From Pyrinomonadaceae bacterium (GTDB taxonomy: Bacteria; Acidobacteriota; Blastocatellia; Pyrinomonadales; Pyrinomonadaceae): a stretch of DNA of 64,000 bases. Positions 48,262-54,822 of this stretch are shown here, one piece after another. A program made the translations under genes and the position numbers. The stretch is taken from NCBI GenBank assembly GCA_051000815.1, contig JBPCNX010000025.1:721-64720 (forward strand), read 5' to 3'. Within the stretch, counting starts at the first letter, position 1, and the number at the start of each line of letters is the position of its first letter. The notes under the pieces are model-generated. The model was not told the origin of the DNA, made no database searches, and worked only from the letters and a program-made list of their open reading frames with translations.

Positions 48262-49830
48262 CTATCTGCGATTCTTGAATGCGTCATTTAGATCTGTATG
48301 CCGGCTGTTCAACGGAATCTGACGCCCGTCGATAAAAAGCTGGCGTACGTGCGTTCTCGTTTCCAACAGATCTCCGTCTGTGACGACCAGATTTGCGATT
48401 TTACCGACCTCAATAGATCCCAAACGGTCTGCAACATTCAGAATTTGCGCCGGATAAAGCGTGACGGATTTCAGCGCCTCGCCTTTCGGTAAACCGAAGG
48501 CTGCGGCCATACCAGCATAATAGGGAAGATTGCGAGCATTGGCGCCGTTGTCGCCACTGGAGATGCAGAACGTCACCCCCGCCTTCTGTAACTTCGCAGC
48601 ACTCTCATAAAGTGTGTCGTAGAAATCATCTTCGCGTATCGGCAAGTCCAGGATGCTGGTCAGGATAACTGGAACGTTCTTCTCTTTGAGCAAACCAGCG
48701 ATCTTCCAGGCATCGTCACCGCCAAGAATGATCGGTTTCAGTTTCATCTCTTCCGCGAAATTGATTGCGCCACGGATTTCGCTTTCGCGAGCAGCGCGGA
48801 AGATTACCGGACGCTCGCCGCGAACATAGGGAACGAGAGCTTCGAGTACGAGGTTTTTATCCGGTCGCGGAAGTTTTGGGTCCCTGGCGTAAGCATCCTG
48901 AGCCCGGCCATAAGTTTCCGCGTCGCGCAACAAGTCTCGAATTTTTTCAAGCTGGCGATTCGCCGTCGCCAGGGCCTCGGTGAAACTGACTTGCAGTTGC
49001 GTAGAGAAACCGCCGCCAGTCGTTGCTCGGGGATAATTGATCACGAGGGTGGCATCGGGTACCAACGCCATCTCCGCTGGAGTTGTTCCCACAAGATTCA
49101 GCAGCACGCTCTGACCGGAGATCAAACCCCCCGAAGGAAGCGCAAGGGCGTTTGTGATGCCGTCAACGCGGGTTACCGCAATGTGGGCGCTGTGCGGATT
49201 TATCGCGATAATTGCCCTGGCGTTTGGATTGAGTTCTCCGACTTCGCCAGTATCCACGGTGCCTGGTGCCCCTTGTCCCACTTCGACCAATCCCATCTGA
49301 GTGCCGGCATCAATCATTCCCGGATAAACGGAAAGACCGCGCGCTTCGATTGTTTGTGCTCCCGCCGGAACATCCACATTTATTCCGACAGCAGCAATCT
49401 TGCCGTCGCGAATCACGATCGTGCCGTTTTCGATATCGGCCCCGGATACGGTAACGATGCGCGCGTTACGAATTGCATAAGTGGCGCGTGGCGGAGTGAC
49501 GCCGTTCTGCGAAGTCGGGTTACCAATCTGTTGCGCGAAGATTGACGATACGCCTAACAGAATCGAAACAATCAAGCAGAACGGCTTAGCCGCCCCCCGG
49601 TACGGAAAGGCTCCAGCTTTCCGCAGGCTGGTTTTGATTGATGAAGAGGAAGCTCCGACTCGTGGCCCGAAGCGCAGCCTCGTTATTATTGCCGATGATT
49701 GACGGAAAGGCGGAGCCTTTCCGCACTGGGGGGCGGCAAAGCCGCGGGTGATCGAAAAGAAATTCTTCGCGTGTGAAGTCACCGTGTCTCCCCGTCTCCT
49801 CATCTCCCCATCTCGAAGTTTTCTGCTCAT
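48262..49830 (-). CDS. amidohydrolase family protein (start uncertain)
   Basis: The amidohydrolase body starts at about residue 100 (YAIRNARIVTVSG...). The first ~85 codons run through a palindromic repeat element. The ATG at 49830 overlaps the upstream stop (ATGA). Confidence 0.7.
   Translation of the reverse strand: MSRKLRDGEMRRRGDTVTSHAKNFFSITRGFAAPQCGKAPPFRQSSAIITRLRFGPRVGASSSSIKTSLRKAGAFPYRGAAKPFCLIVSILLGVSSIFAQQIGNPTSQNGVTPPRATYAIRNARIVTVSGADIENGTIVIRDGKIAAVGINVDVPAGAQTIEARGLSVYPGMIDAGTQMGLVEVGQGAPGTVDTGEVGELNPNARAIIAINPHSAHIAVTRVDGITNALALPSGGLISGQSVLLNLVGTTPAEMALVPDATLVINYPRATTGGGFSTQLQVSFTEALATANRQLEKIRDLLRDAETYGRAQDAYARDPKLPRPDKNLVLEALVPYVRGERPVIFRAARESEIRGAINFAEEMKLKPIILGGDDAWKIAGLLKEKNVPVILTSILDLPIREDDFYDTLYESAAKLQKAGVTFCISSGDNGANARNLPYYAGMAAAFGLPKGEALKSVTLYPAQILNVADRLGSIEVGKIANLVVTDGDLLETRTHVRQLFIDGRQIPLNSRHTDLNDAFKNRR
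49590..49736. repeat. palindromic element with 21-bp imperfect terminal inverted repeats
   Basis: ccgccccccggtacggaaagg (49590-610) pairs with cctttccgcactggggggcgg (49716-736). The internal hairpins are cggaaag-gctccag-ctttccg and cggaaagg-cggag-cctttccg. Confidence 0.75.
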
Positions 49831-51254
49831 GGCTGCTCGACCTCTTCTTCCCCCAGGTCATCGTCGGCATTGGTGGGGCGACGACGCCGAGGCACCTGCG
49901 GCGAGGTGCCTCCTGGCGGTGGGCGATTCGGTTCAGCAGCTTCGAGAAGCGCACGCTCCTTCAGAACCTCGGGACGCTTCGCCAGGTCTTGTTGCCGATC
50001 AAAAAAGACTTCACCGTCAACAAGCGTCGTTTCCACGCGCGCGTAGACACTTAGCGGATGGCCATTCCAAATTGCCAGGTCCGCATCCTTGCCGACTTCG
50101 ATCGAACCTACGCGATCCTGAATGCCGAGCTGAAAGGCAGGATTCCAGGTGATTAGTTTAAGAGTTTGTTCTTCGCTCAGATCGCCATAACGCATTGCTT
50201 TCGCGGCTTCGATATTCAGTCGCCGCACGCGTTCATCAGAATCGGAGTTCATCGATACATTGACGCCAGCCCGGGTCATGATCGCCGCGTTGTAAGGGAT
50301 CGCGTCGTAGGCTTCGATCTTGTAAGCCCAGTTGTCGGCGAAAATCGAAGCGCCCGCACCGTGCTGCGCGATCTCCTTCGCTACCTTGTAGCCCTCGAGC
50401 GTGTGCTGGAACGTTTTGATCTTAAAACCAAAATCGTTCGCGAGATTAATCAGCATCAGAATTTCGTCGGCGCGATAGCAGTGAGCGTGAACGAAACGTT
50501 TGCCTTCCAGGACTTCGACCAGGGGGTCGAGTTGTATATCGCGACGCGGCGCTACCAGGTTCTTACTACCGCGCGAGACACTACTGCGATACTCATCCCA
50601 ACTCTTTTTGTAGTCACGGGCGCGCGTGAAAGCTTCGCGAATAACCTCCTCGACTCCCATGCGCGTGAGCGGGTAGCGACGCTGCTGTCCTGGTTGCGGT
50701 TGAGAGTTTGACCGTTTCGGATTTTCTCCGAGGGCGAACTTGATCCCCGGCATCGCGCCCGGAAAGAGAAATTCTTCCACCGGCCTGCCAAACTTGATCT
50801 TAACTACGGTATTTAGACCACCGATAGCGTTCGCTGAGCCATGCAAGAGATTCAGAGTCGTGACACCGCCGGCCAGCGCGCGATACAGATCGACGTCGTT
50901 AGAATTGAGAACGTCACGTGTGCGCGCCATGGAAGTTACTGAAAGCGTGCCTTCATTGATGGTGTCGAGCATTGAATGCGAATGGCAGTCAATGATGCCA
51001 GGCATAACGTATTTGTCCGTCGCGTCAATTACGCGCGCCCCTGCGGCCGCTTTCAGGTTCTTGCCGATGGCGGCGATTTTCCCCTTGCGGACCAGCAAAT
51101 CGGCATCCTGTAGCGTTCCGCGCGTGATCGTGAGAACCGTGGCATTGCGGATTAACGTTTCCTGACTCGAGCTGCGGCTCTGTGCGAGCGAGTTGGGAAA
51201 GGAAACACCAGTAAGCAGCGCACACATCAGAGTATTGGTTAAGAATCTATTCAT
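49827..51254 (-). CDS. amidohydrolase family protein, secreted
   Basis: 475 aa with a signal peptide, the metal-binding motif GIIDCHSH and the typical N-terminal beta-sandwich (IRNATVLTITRG...). Confidence 0.8.
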   Translation of the reverse strand: MNRFLTNTLMCALLTGVSFPNSLAQSRSSSQETLIRNATVLTITRGTLQDADLLVRKGKIAAIGKNLKAAAGARVIDATDKYVMPGIIDCHSHSMLDTINEGTLSVTSMARTRDVLNSNDVDLYRALAGGVTTLNLLHGSANAIGGLNTVVKIKFGRPVEEFLFPGAMPGIKFALGENPKRSNSQPQPGQQRRYPLTRMGVEEVIREAFTRARDYKKSWDEYRSSVSRGSKNLVAPRRDIQLDPLVEVLEGKRFVHAHCYRADEILMLINLANDFGFKIKTFQHTLEGYKVAKEIAQHGAGASIFADNWAYKIEAYDAIPYNAAIMTRAGVNVSMNSDSDERVRRLNIEAAKAMRYGDLSEEQTLKLITWNPAFQLGIQDRVGSIEVGKDADLAIWNGHPLSVYARVETTLVDGEVFFDRQQDLAKRPEVLKERALLEAAEPNRPPPGGTSPQVPRRRRPTNADDDLGEEEVEQP

Positions 51255-51365
51255 CGTTATTACCCTGTCAGCGTGGATCGTGACTCCGTTTGCAACTGAA
51301 CCGCTTGGTGCAGTTTGTTCACAAGAGGATCGTTGTCACTCAATAACAGAACCCCGACTGGTCGG

Positions 51366-51454
51366 GGTAGCGACCTGGTCGGTGGTGCACCATTCAAGTA
51401 AAAAAAACTAGATTTTCATTAGTCAACCGTGACGCACTGGACCCGGTCGCTACC
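51366..51454. repeat. 15-bp inverted repeat GGTAGCGACCTGGTC / GACCCGGTCGCTACC
   Basis: The arms match at 14 of 15 positions and lie between two amidohydrolase genes. A related motif, gctaccgccgggtggtactgac, occurs at about 35117-35138. Confidence 0.7.
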
Positions 51455-51474
51455 GCTCCCGGTTCTGACATCTT

Positions 51475-53502
51475 TTATTTCTGCCGCATGCCCGTGAAAC
51501 GCGCGAAACCGATTTCGGACCGAATCGTGCCGCGGAGTTCATCACCGGAAGCACTTCCGGCAATGGCCATCTCAACAACTTTGCCTTCCACTTTGGCCCG
51601 GGCGATGAAATGGAATCCAGACAAACCAACAGTGCCTCCGTTCAGCTCTGTTGTGCCGAACGGGCTTTGCAACACGCCCACTAAGGTCGGACCCTGCTGC
51701 GTGAGACTCAGTGTTCCGGGAAAGGTCTGTAAACCAACCAACAGATTGAGTAGCCAGGTGCCGGACAGTTCTGACGCTTTATTTGTTCCCGCTGAATCTC
51801 CCGGTGTTGGTTGAGCTCGGGTGCCGGTAAACGTACCGGGAGCCCGGCCGACGAAGGTAACTGCGCCCTGCATCTCGTTTCCCGTTAGCTTGCCGGTGAA
51901 CGTTGCCTCCGTGGTTTGTCCTTCAAGAGTAACAGGAAAGGTGAAGCGAAAATCTCCGCCGGCTCCCATCGAAGCGTTTGAGATTTCTCCGGTTCCCAAA
52001 GCGCCCTGGATTGAACCCCGCAATCGTTCCCCCTCCTGTTGCAGGATTAGGGTGACGGAAAGATCTGCTGAACCGGAATTCACGTTCACTGTCCACGTGC
52101 CCGTAGCCGTTGCATCCGCTGCCAGAGCGGTTTGCGGTGTTGTGGGTTTTAAATCGACCAGGTGACCATCGATGAAGACATAGGCAATGACCGGCGTGCG
52201 TGTGAAGAGTTCTCCGCGTGTCACCGTCAGATTTGCGATTTTGCCTGTTTCGATCGAACCGAGTCGATCGGCAACGCCGAGGATCTCTGCCGCCGACCTT
52301 GTGAGGGCACGCAACGCATCCTCGCGCGTCAACCCATTTTCGATTGCCCGCGTGATGTTGGGATAGAAATCGCCACTGGTCGTCATTGCTCCGGACTGAA
52401 ACGCAAAACGCACTCGGGCTGCGACCAGCCTGGCCGCCGTCTTCGGGGCTTCTACGCGCTCGCGCAGGATGCGAAGCGGTTCGGGATCTGCCTCCGGCAA
52501 CAAGGCCGTTGTCCGTCGCGGAAAGTTGAGTGAAAGCAACACCGGAACATTTCGTTCGCGCAGACGCTCAGCGACTTTCCACGATTCCATTCCTCCGGCG
52601 ATGATCGCGCGCAACTTAAATTCTTCTGCGAGGTCGAGGGCGCGACTGATCTCCCGTTCACTATCGGCATACAGGACAACGGGCAGGGCACCATCAAGTG
52701 CGGGCAGCAGCGCCTCCAAAGCTCTATCAGGATCTGGACGTCGCATACCGCGCGGAGCACGCGCATAAGCTTGTTGTAGTTCACGGTAGCGACCCGCATC
52801 GAGCATCATTTGTCTTAAGACAGCGAAAACACCCATCAGCGAGTTGGGATAAATTCCGTTTCGAAGCGGAGTGAAACCGACATGCAGGGCCAGCGGTGAG
52901 CGCACGATCATTTCCTGCGTTGTGTTGCCGGCTAAATTAATCAACGCTGACTGCCCCATCCAAATTCCGCGGGTTGGCGCTGACAAGGCGGTGGTGATGC
53001 CCATTTTGCGCGCCGCTTCAATCTGATCGCCGCCGGGTCTGATGAAATCCTCGGCGAGCACTTCGGGTTGCAGCCCTGCCGGATGGGGGGAGTTTGGTGC
53101 GCTGAGAGGGGATGGCTGCAATCTTGCCACGCCGACCGCTGAGCCACCGGGCGATGCAGTAGGCGATGGCGAAGGCGACGGCTGCGGCATTCCCAATGAT
53201 GTATGGGAATCAATTAGTCCCGGATAGACGGTGAGTCCGTTACCGTCGATCACGCGGGCGTCCGCAGGAGTCACTACATTTTCACCAACTGCGGCGATTA
53301 ACCCGTCGCGAATCACCACGGTGCCGCGGTCAATTGTTCCTCCTGAAACGGTAACAATTCGCGCGTTGGTGATCGCGTAGGTGTCGAGAGCGCTACGTTG
53401 GGCGTTGGTGAATCGATTGGAGAGAATGCCGACTGAAAGCAGGGTAACAACTCCCAGGGCAATCCGCGACTGTAGTCCTGGCATAGGAGATCGAAGACTC
53501 AT
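51475..53502 (-). CDS. amidohydrolase family protein with duplicated C-terminal beta-domain
   Basis: I prefer the start at ATG 53502 (MSLRSPMPGLQSRIALGVVTLLSVGILS signal/anchor), because the track start at 53592 lies inside a repeat hairpin. The amidohydrolase body is followed by two ~95-aa repeats that start GTWTVNV... and GTWLLNL.... Confidence 0.75.
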   Translation of the reverse strand: MSLRSPMPGLQSRIALGVVTLLSVGILSNRFTNAQRSALDTYAITNARIVTVSGGTIDRGTVVIRDGLIAAVGENVVTPADARVIDGNGLTVYPGLIDSHTSLGMPQPSPSPSPTASPGGSAVGVARLQPSPLSAPNSPHPAGLQPEVLAEDFIRPGGDQIEAARKMGITTALSAPTRGIWMGQSALINLAGNTTQEMIVRSPLALHVGFTPLRNGIYPNSLMGVFAVLRQMMLDAGRYRELQQAYARAPRGMRRPDPDRALEALLPALDGALPVVLYADSEREISRALDLAEEFKLRAIIAGGMESWKVAERLRERNVPVLLSLNFPRRTTALLPEADPEPLRILRERVEAPKTAARLVAARVRFAFQSGAMTTSGDFYPNITRAIENGLTREDALRALTRSAAEILGVADRLGSIETGKIANLTVTRGELFTRTPVIAYVFIDGHLVDLKPTTPQTALAADATATGTWTVNVNSGSADLSVTLILQQEGERLRGSIQGALGTGEISNASMGAGGDFRFTFPVTLEGQTTEATFTGKLTGNEMQGAVTFVGRAPGTFTGTRAQPTPGDSAGTNKASELSGTWLLNLLVGLQTFPGTLSLTQQGPTLVGVLQSPFGTTELNGGTVGLSGFHFIARAKVEGKVVEMAIAGSASGDELRGTIRSEIGFARFTGMRQK

Positions 53503-53571
53503 CCGTGGTTTGGGGATCGTGCGCCGGCCTGGGGAGACCTGGTAAAGCTCATCTACTGTGAACGATAAACC

Positions 53572-53654
53572 AGTCCAACGTCCAAAGTCCAAGGTCCAAT
53601 GTCCAAGGTCAAAGATCAGAAAGACGTTGGACTTTGGACCTTGGACGTTGGACT
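53572..53654. terminator. GTCCAAG-family heptamer hairpin downstream of yggX
   Basis: The left arm is agtccaacgtccaaagtccaaggtccaatgtccaaggtc, the loop is aaagatcagaaa, and the right arm is gacgttggactttggaccttggacgttggact. It is near-identical in words to the hairpin at 37026-37143. Confidence 0.6.
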
Positions 53655-53658
53655 CTTG

Positions 53659-53943
53659 TTACCATTTCACACTACCTTCTTTAGTCGTATCGATTTGCGC
53701 CAAGTCCGAAGTCTCGTTAAAAAGGAAGCCCTTAATGTTATCGAAGAGAAAATTCTGCGCGTCCGGATTCGTCAGGTCCAAACCGTAGTGGTTGATAATC
53801 TGAGTTTGCTTTTGCAACCATCCGGCCCAGCATGGCTGACATATTTCAGTGGCAATTCTCTGCCCGAGCTCATTAGGAAAAGGTGCAAATCCAATCGCCG
53901 GCCTTTTCTCGCCGCAGTGTTTGCATTTAATCGTTTCAGCCAT
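53659..53943 (-). CDS. yggX: Fe(2+)-trafficking / oxidative-damage protection protein YggX
   Basis: 94 aa. MAETIKCKHCGEKRPAIGFAPFPNELGQRI...CQPCWAGWLQKQTQIINHYGLDL is a typical YggX sequence. Confidence 0.85.
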   Translation of the reverse strand: MAETIKCKHCGEKRPAIGFAPFPNELGQRIATEICQPCWAGWLQKQTQIINHYGLDLTNPDAQNFLFDNIKGFLFNETSDLAQIDTTKEGSVKW

Positions 53944-53955
53944 TACTACTCCTTA

Positions 53956-54084
53956 GAGTCTCAAGTCTCAGGTCTCAGGTCTCAAAATAGTCTCAGGTCT
54001 AACTCTCGAGAACCACCGCGTAGATTAATCGAGTCGAAGATCTCAAAAACACCCTGAGGCCTGAGACTTGAGACCTGAGACTTA
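53956..54084. repeat. inverted arms of GTCTCAG/GTCTCAA heptamers filling the bcp-yggX spacer
   Basis: The left arm is agagtctcaagtctcaggtctcaggtctcaaaatagtctcaggtct. The right arm is ctgaggcctgagacttgagacctgagactta and ends on the bcp stop codon. Confidence 0.8.
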
Positions 54085-54552
54085 GTTTTGCGCCGCACGA
54101 ATTGCGGCGAGCACTTCATCATCTTTTGGACGAAACAGCCCCAGTGGTTGCACCTTGCGGTGTCGAATTATTCCCTGCGCATCAATCACAAAAACAGAAC
54201 GCGCAACTTTCCCTGGAATCAACGAACGGGCGCCATACATGTTCGCCACGGCTTGATCGCTGTCCGAGAGCAGTCGTAACGGTAGTTCATGATGTTCGGC
54301 AAATTTCTGATGCGATTCAACCGAGTCTGTAGAGATTCCGACAACTTCCGCTCCCGTTGCCGCGTAGTCGGCCCAACGATCACGTACGGAACACATCTGA
54401 CGAGTGCAGATTGGCGTCTCGTCGCCGGGATAAAACAACAACACCACAACTTTGTTTCGCTGTTGCGATAGTGTCCATGCGTTTCCGGCGCCATCCGGCA
54501 ACGTAAAATCGGGAGCTGGCGTGCCCAATCCTGGGCTTGCGGTTTTACTCAT
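54082..54552 (-). CDS. bcp: thiol peroxidase Bcp (peroxiredoxin, AhpC/TSA family)
   Basis: GTPAPDFTLPDGAGNAWTLSQQRNKVVVLLFYPGDETPICTRQMC contains the peroxidatic Cys motif. An alternative start exists at 54582. Confidence 0.85.
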   Translation of the reverse strand: MSKTASPGLGTPAPDFTLPDGAGNAWTLSQQRNKVVVLLFYPGDETPICTRQMCSVRDRWADYAATGAEVVGISTDSVESHQKFAEHHELPLRLLSDSDQAVANMYGARSLIPGKVARSVFVIDAQGIIRHRKVQPLGLFRPKDDEVLAAIRAAQN

Positions 54553-54586
54553 TGTCGTTTTGTCGGTGACGTTAGAATACATGACC

Positions 54587-54822
54587 AGCCACAGATTTAC
54601 ACGGATACACGCTGATTAGAACCATGAACTAGCCCGCGGATTCACGCGGATGACGCAGATCAGAAAGGCAGGGCAGCGATTTACAGAGACTAAAAACCAA
54701 ATGGCTCAGAATGAGCACAGATGAGCAACGGAACAGACCAATGACATTCTGATCTGCGTCATCCGCGTGAATCCGCGGCCAGTCTTTTGCTCCTCCGCTT
54801 CTATCGGTGAAAATCTGTGGCT
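54587..54822. repeat. MITE-like nested inverted repeat filling the addA-bcp spacer
   Basis: The outer arms agccacagatttacac (54587-602) and gtgaaaatctgtggct (54807-822) match at 15 of 16 positions. The inner arms are a perfect 32-bp inverted repeat, ccgcggattcacgcggatgacgcagatcagaa (54634-665) and its complement (54747-778), with an 81-nt spacer. Confidence 0.85.

Noticed and set aside
53599-54057. 152-aa plus-strand ORF (MSKVKDQKDVGLWTLDVGLL...) and the similar ORFs at 36882-37097 and 53558-53788
   Set aside because: They are translations of the GTCCAAG and GTCTCAG heptamer arms and are antisense to yggX, so they are repeat artefacts.
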